Positions 9,773-22,123 of a stretch of 43,440 bases of DNA are shown here, piece by piece. Below the pieces are notes generated by a model. That model saw nothing but the letters and a program-made list of their open reading frames with translations, was not told where the DNA came from and did no database searches. The stretch is taken from NCBI GenBank assembly GCA_049724395.1, contig JAUGWO010000050.1:1-43440 (forward strand). Direction: 5' to 3'. The stretch's first letter is position 1; each line of letters begins with the position of its first letter. The translations under genes were made by a program, and so were the position numbers. The stretch comes from Spongospora subterranea f. sp. subterranea (lineage: Eukaryota).

Positions 9773-10584
9773 GCTGTGGTCAATCACAATCCGAATATTT
9801 GGATTGAGTCTAAACAATGTCGCCAATGGACGATGCAACCATCATTGCTCCAAAATCAGTAGTTCTCAGGCATTAGGGCCGCTTATCCCTATTCTTTGTC
9901 TGTCTTGAAAAAGAACTTCACTCAAGCGACACCGCATCAATGCTGCTCGTGAAGGCGATGAGCTGAACTCAGTTGATATCAGTGTTATCTCAATCTGACC
10001 GATGCAGGTAATGATGGTATGGTATGGTATACAAATGTTCCTGGGTTCCAATGGTTCAGGTAATCCTGTGTATCACCAGGTTTTTTCCCTTATTCCTCCT
10101 GGGGGCTACAAGTAGGTTGGGTATCCATTGAAGGAACCTATTAGACCAGCAACAAACCAGGTAGAAATCGCGGTCAGATGGCGAGCGCGAAATCGATTTC
10201 GTGCGCTCAAAATAAACTCCACAATGTCAAACTGTCCTATATATAATGGCATATTGCGAATATCTGATTGGGGACATCCACGTTTTGATCAAGACAAGGA
10301 AATGCTCCGGAATGTTTTGTCAGCTGTTTTCAGACTAAGCCTCTGTTCGACTCGGACGCTATTTTTACTTAACCAAATAAAATCCTCGAGATCCAATTCG
10401 ATGTTCAATATTCCGCATCAACAATCGGACGATCAACCTCTTTTGATATCATTCCCAGAATGGTTTTTGTGTTCATACAATTGACGTTGAATGGTCGCGC
10501 TCCAGTGATGGCGTCTTGACAAACCCCATCAAATTGCATGGAATGTTGATAGAGCGGGGCTGGGTTTAGTTCCCTAATTTTGTA

Positions 10585-11330
10585 TTATTTAACGTGATTA
10601 AGTTTGTTTGGCGCCATGTGTATGAAATATCGCATTAGAGACACCACGACACTGAATCCTAATCTTGTGAACTCGTCTGGATCAACACCACCGCTCACGA
10701 CTACCGTCAGCTCGTGTAAAATCTCCCAAAACACTTCTTCGCTATCGAACGAAAAGTTGTTTGATTCGTCGAGCTCCGAATAGACCATGGTGAGAACATT
10801 CATGACCTGATAATGTAAGTTGACGACTGAGCACAGGGAAATGACGGCTGATTGAATGGTGCCAGCAGAATGGGAAAATCTATAATCGTTTCAAATCGAT
10901 TGCAACGATTTCTCCAACTTGTCTCGTTGCTTGACTTCCATTTCTTTCCCCTTCATTTCACCTTGCACCTTGAAAATCAAGTGTCTCATTCTTTCTTCAA
11001 TAAACCGGCCCATATTGACAGGTTGCCGCTAAAGAGAGCTGATAGAGTAAGTCCTTGATAGATCGTAGTGAAATCTTTTTTTTAACGAGGTCCTCTACCC
11101 TCTCCACCTCGTATAAAATAACTTCCTGCCAGGCAGCTCTAATATCCACCTTTCCCAGAGCGTTCCGCCCTTCCTTAATCAGCTGCTGATATTTATCGTT
11201 CAATGGCCCATCTAGTAGTGGCGTTTCTGTACTTGTCGTAGAATCGTTTTCCCATTGATGATAAATTATGTCCACCAACTCTAATTGCTCCAAACAGCAC
11301 CAATAGCAAAATGATCCCTCTTCTTTTCAT
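10585..11330 (-). pseudogene. Unknown family, copy E (frameshifted; family ATG mutated to ATA; signal-like leader intact)
   Basis: ORFs 10997-11293 and 10585-10803 match the family N- and C-halves; leader ATG at 11330. Confidence 0.82.
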
Positions 11331-13385
11331 CCGATTTCTTCATCAATTCCGATATTGGTCCGATGTACTTGTGATTCACACCTGTTCTGATAGAATTCCT
11401 CAAAGGCGTTATGGGTAAATACGCTTCAATGGAGCAAAATGGGTATACGAATATGTCCCTCAATTCCTTAAATGAACGAAGTTACTATATCATGCTCCTA
11501 ATTCAGGAGTTGGAGATACAGGGCAGTAGAGCTGCTGTTCCCGAGCAATTGTCTGGCGTTGAAGATAAGATAGTCGACACCGCATAGATGTGATCCTGCT
11601 CGTGATGATGCCGAACGGAATGTTTTTTGGTACAGATTTTCAAGTATTAACTTGAAATGACTGTGTGATATCAATGCTTTCTGGCAAATGCCGAATATGG
11701 CCAACGATATGTCCTTATCTGGCTGATCTATATCAGCCAATATAAATATGATCGGGTATCAATTAACTTGTTGGCGTTCCAGCGAACATCATGAGGAAAC
11801 CCGCGATATTTAAGCGAGTCCATTGATTCCTGGGTGTGATGGCGATCACCAAATCGTTCGAGAGAGTCAATAAGACTGATTGGCCACTTTCGCGTGATTA
11901 CAAAACTGCAATTCTTTTGTTGAACTGTCCTCAGATATAGTGGCACGGTTAAAGAGCGAATTTTCGCTTAATTTGTTTGTGAAAAAACTTTTGGAAGGGT
12001 CCCTGAGCCATTCCTCTCGACATCATATATTCCTGTTGTGTATATTCTTCTGTTCTTGTCGAAATTAGTCTAGTCGATAGCCTTGCAGTTCGCGAAATAG
12101 CCCCTACAGGTGCAAACTTCAACCTCGAAAGTTTCCTCATCGTCCGTTGCATTCAGAAAACTGTGGTCGAGATTGTTGGTCGTCGACCCCTGACAATGGT
12201 CGCTGGTGTCAGGCCAGGGTCTTATGATCTGTGGTGCTCTGGTCATCGTCGGCACGCTTTTTCGGTAAATTCAACGCTTTAGAGAGAACTTTCCTACAAT
12301 GTTTTATTGCTATAAACTCCCGGCTTTACATTCATACGATGTAATTTCGATGTTTGAAACAGTCAATGTCGGCGCACAAGATTGGCTGGAATTTAATCAC
12401 TTTTACAACCATAGTCAAAGCGGAACCAATTCATCAAACCCAAAAAATTGAGCCAACAAACTCAATGAAAACACATCGCTACAGTGACAGCATATTGTAC
12501 AGAATCTTTGGTACTAACGATCACATTAACTGTACCAAAATTCCATTAGCGATCCCGACTCTTGTAAACTATCTTCGATCTAAATAAAACGCGCTTAGGT
12601 TCTCTGCGTCAACCAACGCTTGCGGAACCTGCATAAAACGTTTTTAGCAAACCACCTGGCCGGCAACCACCGCCAGATGAACTAACTGATCCAACCTAAA
12701 TCAACGGACGAACACGCATCGCGATAACCGTCGCAAATTTCAATGCAAACGAGAAACTCAAACACGCCAGGACCAGATGACCAGGCATCAACGGATAGCC
12801 AAGCATCACCTATCAACCAACAAATTACGTCAGGTCGTGCACCGCTATTTTTCCCGCTACAGCCACCAGTTTTGAAACAGTTTGATTCCAAATCGATTGC
12901 TGTATTCCGCCGAGAACGGGAAGTCTATCTTTCGCTGATAAAGGAAAGAAAGAAGATTCCCGGGGACGACGTAAATGCTGTATCCTTAAAAAGCTGCTTC
13001 GATCTTAGCAAGCTCAAAGCCATTGCAAAGATCGAAGCAGCTTTTCAAGGATACAGCATTTAGGTCGTCCCCGTGAATCTGATCCTCCAGCCAAAGTCAC
13101 GCCACAACGTCTACACCAAAAAGTGGTCGCAAAGCACTTCCGCTGTAAATTACGACGCTATCCAATACCCTATCAAATTTTTTTGCATGAACACACACAG
13201 GCACTAGAAAAGGAGAATTACGTCTACAGAAATCCTCGCAGTCGAGATGCATCAGCCGCATTAGTTAATATACCCAAACCAGGAGGCTGCGGTAAATAGT
13301 CATGTATACGTACATTAAAACGTACACCAGTAGTTCACTACGTATTGGCAAAACGGAGTGAACGTGTACTGTAGTAGGTATTTAT

Positions 13386-14225
13386 TTACAAGGAGTCTAA
13401 CGACGCCGTATCGTCGTACGATTGCTCTACTAGTGTTATCGCCACCATTGACGTATAATCAGCTTTAGCTGATTTGATATTTCGTACCGAATGTGATGGC
13501 ATTACTTTCCTCGGCAGTGGAATAGAATACTGAAATTCTTCAGATGTCTGGCCGGTAAAATACTTAATTATCGCCATCGACTCGGCATCGTCGAAAACAT
13601 TGTCTTGACAAGATTGCCGGACATAATGCTTGGGTGCCTCAGTCTTTTGACTAAATGACACGATCAATCTCTGTGCGTTGTCCGCAATGGAAATCTGCAT
13701 TCGATGTTGCGCAACAATCTTAACTATAATAAGGAAAAAATGCTGCCCCCCTTTGGAGTACTCAATCATGTCGTGAAGTTTAAGGTTAGACTCGAACCCT
13801 CGAGCAGCTGTGCATCGCTTGGCTGGCGGTGCAGGAGAATCCAAGGTTCTATCGTTGAGGATCTCCTCAACATAACGGTCTTCCGCAGACCTTTTTCCAC
13901 AATAAACCGATTCATCTTTGCCTTCTAAGCTTAACGGTCTCACAAGGTCAGCTTTGACAGTATCTATTTAATTGTATCGACTGACTCAACACCATGTTTT
14001 TACAAAGAGAGTTGTCTTACCGGAATCTGCTTTTGCTTTTCTGCATGCGGTGATTTTTCTGGCAAGCGTTGACGAATCAAACGGCATGAAGATCGGATTA
14101 AAATCCTTCACAGGTTTTCCTGTGACCTTGTAACCATCCACTCCATCATCCAGTTCAACAAGGGCTTTTTGAAGGGAAGCATCATGTTCTGGACCCCATA
14201 CAGGCCCGTTCTTCGTTCTTCCCAT
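13386..14225 (-). CDS. Two-exon gene (260 aa), tentative Myb/SANT-like N-terminus and alpha-crystallin/HSP20-like C-terminus, inside the gypsy element
   Basis: Exons 14225-14021 and 13963-13386 are joined in frame by a 57-nt GTAAGA...AAATAG intron (...KADS D TVKADLVRPLSLEG...). Domain calls are by motif resemblance only (VWGPEHDASLQKAL; FQYSIPLPRKV...SAKADYTSMVAITL). Confidence 0.65.
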
Positions 14226-14265
14226 AGAAACAACGTTATGCTGATGCTTGCCCAAAACAGTATGA

Positions 14266-16600
14266 GCAGTAAGAAGAAGAGGATATCGTATGACAGTCGA
14301 TACTGTAGAAATCAACAAGTCGATCGAACCCATCGTATGGCCGATGCCGCATATCGACATTGTTCTCGGATATCTTCGTAACGCGACGTCATATATTCTT
14401 TTAGACTGGTTCAAAGGATATTGGCAATTCCCGCTCCACACCGACTCGCAAGAGATGTGTTCCTTTATGACACATGAAGCTGTTTTTACTCCACGACGAC
14501 TGATCCAGGGGATCGTGGACTCAGTGGCGACATTTCAAGCCGGGATGCAAGAGGTTCTGCAGAACTCACCATACGTCTGTGCTCTGTTATGGCTCGATGA
14601 TGTTCTGGGTTATGCCACGAAGGATTCTGCCTTGGACCATATGACGGTGCCGAAAAAACTCCTCCAGGCGATGGCGACGGCTGGAATCAAATGTAATCCA
14701 AGTCGGTGCAACCTTTATACGGATGTCGCGAAGTGGACAGGACACAGTATAACTCCATAAGGAGTCGCTTACGACGACTCTTTCATTCAAGGTCTTGTTC
14801 ACATGACACCACCAAAGCGAGCGAACGAACTTCAACAATTTCTATGCGCTTTGAACTGGATCCGGCGTAACGTTCTCAACTTCGCTCAACTTATTCATCC
14901 ACTTCAGAAGCTGTTATTAGCCGCAACCCGTGTTGCCAAGAGTTGCAAGTAATCAGCACTACGACGAGTTCTTCTGAGCGATATTGGATGGAAAACGACT
15001 CATGTTGAGAGTTTTCAAAACATTAGGGATCAATTGTTTCAAATCTGATACGTCTTACATATCCGAAAGACGATTGGCTAGCTGGTCAGCAGTACTCACT
15101 CAAATCCCACCAGCCGACTGCGATCTACCAGTAGCGGAACAACGACATGAGCTTTTAGCCTGTATTTCTGGCACCTTCCGAGCAAACAGCCTCCGCTGGG
15201 CCATTATAGAAAAAGAAGGTTATCCTATAAATGAAGGAATATTTCGCCTTCGACATTTCCTTATTCGATCAACGCCTATCCGAATTTTTACCGATCACCG
15301 TAATCTGATCATCAATCGAAGGAGAGAACACTCCGGTCTATTGCTTCTATTTTTTGGTGGAGGGGAATGACAAAGTATATTGTAGGCATTGTCGAAAAAT
15401 GCCTTCACTGCGTTCGCCTACGAGGGAATGTGGTTTTACGTCCGTTTGGGCATGCAATTCATGCGACCAGACCCAATCAATTAATTCATTATGAATTTTT
15501 GTTCATCGCAAAATCACCCAGGAAATCATCACACAACTTTGTTTATGTTCTCGTTATCAAAGACGACCTGAGTCAGTTCATTGAGTTAATTCCATGCGAA
15601 TTTATCGACCACTTTGCAACAGTCAATGGTCTCATTTACTGCTTTAAAGGTTTGGCATCGTGCTCACACATGTATCTGACCAGGGCTCCCACTTCAAGAA
15701 CCAAGTGGTAGCAGAACTATGCTCTCGCCTTCATATTAACCATCAGTGTACTACTGCATATTCTCCATGGGCGAATGGAACCGTTGAAGTCGTGAACAAG
15801 CTTTTACTTCATGTTCTTCGTGCGCTCATATCTGAATTCCGGTTGTCATTTCATGATTGGCCCTATGTACTTCCATTAGTCATTATGGCTCTAAATCATC
15901 GTGTACGAACTCATATTGGTTTCGCTCCAGTCACTATAATGACCGGTCTCCAACCCTCAACGTTAATCTCCACTACCTTTTCGAACCTCTTAACCAGATC
16001 GTGGATATCCCATTGACATCTCAAGCAGTTCATGATATCACTAATGATCTAGCGGCACCGTGCGATATCATCCACTGTCAAGTCGTCAGTAAATTGACTC
16101 GTCAACGTGGTCAGTCGCACACATCTCGGGCTAAACAGCGAAACGTCGTCCCCATCAACTTCGAAATAGGAGATTACGTCTTAGTTCGCGGCCAATTTGA
16201 ATCGCACAAAACGCCATAAACTATCTGGCACTTGGCACGGTACAGGACAGATTGTTGGCACCATCAATGAATATGTTTATCAGGTGAAAGATCTTATTTC
16301 ATCCCATATTACAGATGTGCATGCTTGGCGTCTAAAAGAATATGATGACTCACACCTAAACATAACGCAGGCCATCTATGAACAAATTGCCCATGATGGG
16401 CATGGACATTTCGTGAAGAGCCTGAGCGACATCTGCCAAAACCTCGCATCGGGCGATGTTGAAGTCCAAGTACAGTAGGCCGGATTTGAAGAGCAGGATA
16501 CAACCCTGGGAGACTATAGTGTCAATCAAAGAAGAGGTCCCTATCCTGCTTAAACACTTTCTACTGAAACGGTCCGACCCGATATCACTATCTTGCTTAC
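14266..16600 (+). pseudogene. Gypsy pol remnant: RT, RNase H, integrase, chromodomain
   Basis: GYRMTVD, LDWFKGYWQFPL, LWLDDVL (RT); WAIIEKEGYPI, IFTDHRNL (RNase H); CLHC, VSDQGSHF, PWANGTVE (integrase); VQ*AGFEEQDTT (chromo-like); many stops and frameshifts. Confidence 0.92.
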
Positions 16601-17167
16601 AAGATTTCTGAAAGGGGGAATGTACAGAATCTTTGGTACTAACGATCGCATGAACTGTACCAAAATTCCATTAGCGATCCTGACTTTTGTGATCTATCTT
16701 CGATCTGAAATAACAGCGCTTAAGTTCTCTGCGTCAACCAACGCTTGCGGAACCTGCATACATATGGGTCTTGCCCTCGTAGCCGCTCAATGAAAGCTCG
16801 AACATTGCGCCCCCTGGTTATGCAAAAATTGTTCACGATAGACAATTCTCCCCAAGAGTAAAGACAGAGACCATAATCCATGTTTGGAATGATTAGCCAA
16901 AGGGAAATCCGTCCATGTATCGAACACCATCTTGACGCGCGCTGTTCATGGCGCCATTCGCTGATTATGGGCCCGACGCTTCAGTGGTTTCTCTATCTTA
17001 TTTTTTCTTCGGAATTCGACTATCATTTTAAATTGAACCTATTCAATCTCCGTTTTAAATTTCGCAGCCTATGAGCGTTCAGCGTTTGGTCAATTGTCAG
17101 CTCTTTTTATGATCCGATCGGTTTTGTTCACGGTCTGGGCATGTGTCCCGAATGCAGTATTGCGAGA

Positions 17168-17845
17168 TTATTCAGCGGGTTTGTTTTTGTTTTGCGCCAT
17201 GTTTAGGAGATATTGCAACAGGGCCACAACTAACGCGAATCCAAGTTTGGTGAACTCATCAGTTTTGACGTCACTACTCACGACGACCGTCAGCTCTTGC
17301 AACATATCCCAAAACACTTCCCCATTATCGAATGCCAATCTATCCGATTGTTTGAACTCCAAATGGATCCTCTCGAGAACATTCAAAATCTGAATATGAA
17401 AGTCGTAGAACGAGCACATTGAAGCGAACCTGCTTGTGACAGAGTCGGCAGGTTCCTTGTACATTGCATCTTTGGCCAATTTCAACAAGGAAGCCAGCCT
17501 ATCTCGCTGCTTGCCTTCCAATGTGCTACTGTACATTTCGTATAGTACATCCTCAACCAACAGTCTCATTATGTTTTCAGTGACATTCCCATGAAGACCA
17601 TCTGCCGCTGAAGAGAGTTCATGGAGCGCGTTCTTAATGGTAGCTTTCGATTTCCGATCTTGAACGAGGTTCAATACGATCTCCGTTTCATGTTCGATAA
17701 TGATCTTCCAGGCCCTGTCAACTTTCACCTTTCCCAGAGCGACCTGCCCTGCCTTGATCACATGTTGATACTTAACGTCCAATAGTCCATTCAAAAGTAA
17801 CGATTCTGCAATTGTCGTGGAATCCCTTTCCAGAGGATTATTCAT
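17168..17845 (-). CDS. Unknown helical protein family, copy F (intact, 225 aa)
   Basis: Uninterrupted ORF MNNPLERDSTT...GFALVVALLQYLLNMAQNKNKPAE. Confidence 0.85.
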   Translation of the reverse strand: MNNPLERDSTTIAESLLLNGLLDVKYQHVIKAGQVALGKVKVDRAWKIIIEHETEIVLNLVQDRKSKATIKNALHELSSAADGLHGNVTENIMRLLVEDVLYEMYSSTLEGKQRDRLASLLKLAKDAMYKEPADSVTSRFASMCSFYDFHIQILNVLERIHLEFKQSDRLAFDNGEVFWDMLQELTVVVSSDVKTDEFTKLGFALVVALLQYLLNMAQNKNKPAE

Positions 17846-20098
17846 GTCCTCCAACTGTAATTTCTCCAAACAGCACCAATATCGAAATGATAATTCTTCT
17901 GTTGATCAGGGTTCTGCATCAAGGTCCGATATCGGTCCGATATACGAGTAGGTCTCATTTTTTCTGAACATGAGATTGGCCGATCGAATCACTCAGGTCG
18001 GACGATTTTGCGCCAGGTACGTCTATCGTCGACCATATCCCGATTATTTGAGATATGGATAAATTTACTGTCACTGCAGCTTCCCTGCAGTTCCGCATTT
18101 CGGGCATCTCAGCCCGCTTCTATACCTGTTCAGAAGCTCCCGAACCGCCGGCATGGAGCGCAGAGGTGGTTCATCAGCTGCCGGGCCAGGTCGCAAGCGC
18201 TCTTGGCGCGCGAAATTCATAATGTTGGCAACAATTTCACATTGATGCTGTGTCGCTTCACTCAGGGTAGACAATGATTCTTGGTCAGCAGCCCTCGTGC
18301 CTTTATGTCCAATCCTGATTTCCCATGATCGCATCGATCGCAAGCGTGGTGGTGCGCGTCTGGACGAGTCGCTCCTTGCGGTCGCGTTCCAGCTCTTTCA
18401 ATCGTCCAACGACAAGGTTGAAATCCGAAGCAAGATTGGTCAGATACTCATGTCCACCGTCGACATACTTCTTGATCGACGGCTGACGAAGGATTCAAAG
18501 CGAATATGAATGAAAATAACAGTGACACTGGGAAACAAGATTACTTGTGGTTTGCTGAAAATCTCAAATTTTGTAAAGTTTTTTTTTTGTGTTCAGATGA
18601 GGCTCCAAGTATAGAAAGTGCCCACGACATGTAATCGTATAAAGTGCCATCGTATTTTTTGATCAAACTTTTGCAGTAGGAGTAACTCCATGTTATGCTC
18701 TTCGATTGCCCTGTCTCAAACAACTAAAGTTGGCAGCCGATATGTCGCGGACTGCACTGATATTACAGGATATGACGCATAATTTCTCCCCTGTTCCCTT
18801 CTCGAATTCCCTGAGCTGCGGCCTTCACCCGTTGTCACGAACATACCCAAAGGGTTACATACATCCACTAAAGGGCACCCAAAGGCGCGGCACTTTCGGG
18901 GATCTTGTTTTGGTGCCGCACCCTTGACTGGGGGTGTCCGTTTCCGGTGCCGCGCCCGTCACTGGACACACTGTAGGAGATGGCGTCACGGCGGCAGATG
19001 GGTTCCGTATATGGTGCCCCATATGTTGGTTCCTATGGGTTCCGTCAACCGTTGGCGCAAGGGCTGTGCATATGATTATGATGTCGTGGTTGTCGCCGGA
19101 CTTTGATTGAATGGGGGGCGGCTCCACAACATGGACAGAAGAGCTACTGAACGGACTCTCAGCTGATTCTTGGGAACCATGCAGATTGACTAAACAAATA
19201 TTCCATCAGACTATATTTTCATATCACCCACCCTTTTTTTTTCACTATAAAATGTTGTTGTTGACATGCCGCCGAGAAACTGGCAAGCTCACATCAGAAG
19301 CAGTACTCAAAAGGCAATTATTTTCGTTATCGCCAGGGACATCGTCAGATTTCAGGCGCATTTTCACAACAATATGCAATGATCAATCACGTCCCTATTA
19401 TTTGGTATAGGTATAACAACCTGTTTTCGATTTTACAAATGGGTTCGACCCAAAGGCAGGAGGACTATTTATCCCAAATCATTGCCTGCCATGAAGGGAA
19501 AGATCTTCAAGCGGCACCGCAATCGATTTGATACAAATTGTAAGTGTTAGTTTTCGAACTTGTACGACTTAGTCAACTAATAACGGAATCTGGCAGACAC
19601 AGGATATCGCCCACAATAAGGCATTGTCCAACTGGCCAATATTAGCCATAACGCCACCCTTCGGTTTTTACGAATAACAAAGGATCTTTATATTATCAAT
19701 CCCAAACATAGTTATGTGATCATCATAATCCGGAACATGTCCCATGTGTCCATCATGACAACCACCGTATGTGACATTGAGGTATAGGACATCCTGCATC
19801 ATGGGGAATCAAGCGAACAGCTGATTGCCGTCGCCTTTTGCACCAGACCCATTATATTCGTTGGGTGTTTGTAACTTCGACCAGAATGGGATCACCCTTG
19901 ACCTGGGGCCTAAACTTTAGTCTAACTTGTTCTTCCGATTACACCAACATCAAATCGTTTAATTAAGTTATCAACGGCTTCACTAAAAATTCGAACTCCT
20001 TTCGCGTTCAACCTTGGTCAGTTGTCAGCTTTTTTATTATTCTGATCGGTGTAGTTCTGGTTTTTGGGGCTTAATTGCCGAATTGCTATTTTGAGATA

Positions 20099-20796
20099 TT
20101 AGTTGCAGAAGGTTTGAGTTTGCTTGGCGCCTTGTCCAAGAAATAAAGTAAGAGAGACACAACTACCGCGAATCCATCTATTGTGATTTATTCTGGTTTG
20201 ACCTTACTAATGACGACTATCGTCAGCTCGTGCAAAATATTTCAAAACACTTCTCCATTATCGAGAAAACCAATGTCCGATTTTTAAAGCTCCGAAAGGA
20301 CCATGGTGAGTACATTGATGATCTGATTATACAGCTCATATAACGTTCCCAACGAAGTGAACCTGTGTCTGAGATCACCAACAGATTCCTTGCAGATTGC
20401 ATGCTTGGCCGATTGCAACAAAGACGACAGATTTTCTCGTTGGTATTCTGTGTAAGCTAAACTGGACATCTTTGTGAGTTTTTTGGAAACCACCTGTTTC
20501 ATACTGTTTTCGGGAACTGGCCCATAATGGCAGTTTGCCGCTAATGACAGCTCCTTGAGTTCGGCTTCTACGACTTCCTTTTCCCAATCATGACTCTTTG
20601 GGTATGTCCTCGTAAGCGCCATCAAAGAGTCCATCTTTTCTGACATAATCATTTTCCAAATATTGTCAACTTGCACCTTTCCCAGTGCGTTCCGCCCTTC
20701 CTTGATCAGCTGCTGATGCTTATCGTCCAATGGCCCATCTAATCGTGGCGTCTCTGTACTTGGCGAAGAGTGCCTTTGTTCATGATGATCACTCAT
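20099..20796 (-). pseudogene. Unknown family, copy G (premature stops in the C-terminal third)
   Basis: ORF from MSDHHEQ to a stop at 20284; homology continues to ...PSKLKPSATN* at 20099. Confidence 0.82.
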
Positions 20797-21112
20797 GTTT
20801 TCAATATCTAATGGCTTCAAACAGCACCTAAATCCAAATGATCATTCTTCTATTCACCAGGTTTTTCATCAAGTTCCGATATCCGTCCGTATACGAGTAA
20901 TTTTGATTTGTTCGAAAATGTGGTTGGTAAATTATCGCAACTGGTTTCTTAATCGGAACTCTATAATCCTAAATCCCAAATTCCTAAATACCCTAAAATC
21001 ACCTTTTCAGGATTTACCGATCGTCATGCAACATCGCATTACAGAAGAGATGTTGGAGTTGCTACCATGGCTGAACCATAAGCCGATTGCCGTCTTTTTA
21101 CAACAATCAGCG

Positions 21113-22071
21113 AAACATGAAGCAGCGATAACCTTCAAAATGACTGCAACAACTAAGAAGCTTAACGAGCTGAAGGATGCTGCAAGAACAGGGATTCTAA
21201 CACCACTAATTTCCTACCTAGATAAAGCCATCAAGGTCACGTTAACCAACTACCCTGATCAAGCTGTCAACCAACTTAAAGTCTTGAAAACAACTGTGCT
21301 TCTGGAACAGACCAAGATCCAAAAACTTAAAACAGATCTCAATACTAAGCTCACACAACTCAAACAAACTCGCTTAGACTACATCGATTTCGTCGTTAGT
21401 ACTATTCCAGATTATGCCACAAGACCAGGACTAGGATGGGGACCTATTCATCAAAACTTGTTGAACCAATATACTGAGCCCCTCTTGGAAGACACTCTAA
21501 TCCTATTTGCCGACAGACAATTTAAGGACAAACAGAAAAAAGACGATCGGGCGAATAAAGCTGCTCTGAAAAAAGAACAAGATCAAGCCATTTTACAACT
21601 GACAAAGCAAGATCTGAATAAGACAATTAATGCTTTACTTAAACGCCGTTCGTCAAAAAATGGTCAAAACGCACAGATATCAGCTCGTCCTGTGCGTTCA
21701 AACCAACGAGCTCCAAGGTTCAACAAGTTTTGATGAATAGGTCCCCATCCTAGTCCTGGTCTTGTGGCATAATCTGGAATAGTACTAACGACGAAATCGA
21801 TGTAGTCTAAGCGAGTTTGTTTGAGTTGTGTGAGCTTAGTATTGAGATCTGTTTTAAGTTTTTGGATCTTGGTCTGTTCCAGAAGCACAGTTGTTTTCAA
21901 GACTTTAAGTTGGTTGACAGCTTGATCAGGGTAGTTGGTTAACGTGACCTTGATGGCTTTATCTAGGTAGGAAATTAGTGGTGTTAGAATCCCTGTTCTT
22001 GCAGCATCCTTCAGCTCGTTAAGCTTCTTAGTTGTTGAAGTCATTTTGAAGGTTATCGCTGCTTCATGTTT
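21113..22071. repeat. 355-bp inverted duplication (21113-21467 / 21717-22071)
   Basis: Direct sequence match with one mismatch seen (MTATTKK versus MTSTTKK); 249-bp spacer. Confidence 0.95.
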
Positions 22072-22123
22072 GGGGGTAGAGCCTAAGCACCATTGCACAG
22101 GCCGCCATCTATTTTACAGTAAA

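Larger units (their letters stand above)
12496..16760 (+). mobile_element. Decayed Ty3/gypsy LTR retrotransposon with chromodomain-like integrase tail
   Basis: 140-bp LTRs at 12496-12635 and 16621-16760; TSD CATAT (12491-12495, 16761-16765); PPT aaagggggaa before 16621; gag fragment 12743-13063. Confidence 0.9.

Noticed and set aside
10043..10140. Degenerate hairpin (ggttcc..aatgg / ccatt..ggaacc)
   Set aside because: Too many mismatches to distinguish from chance by eye.
12070..12160. SWIM zinc finger (CTC...C) of a Mutator element
   Set aside because: Lacks the final His and any transposase context.
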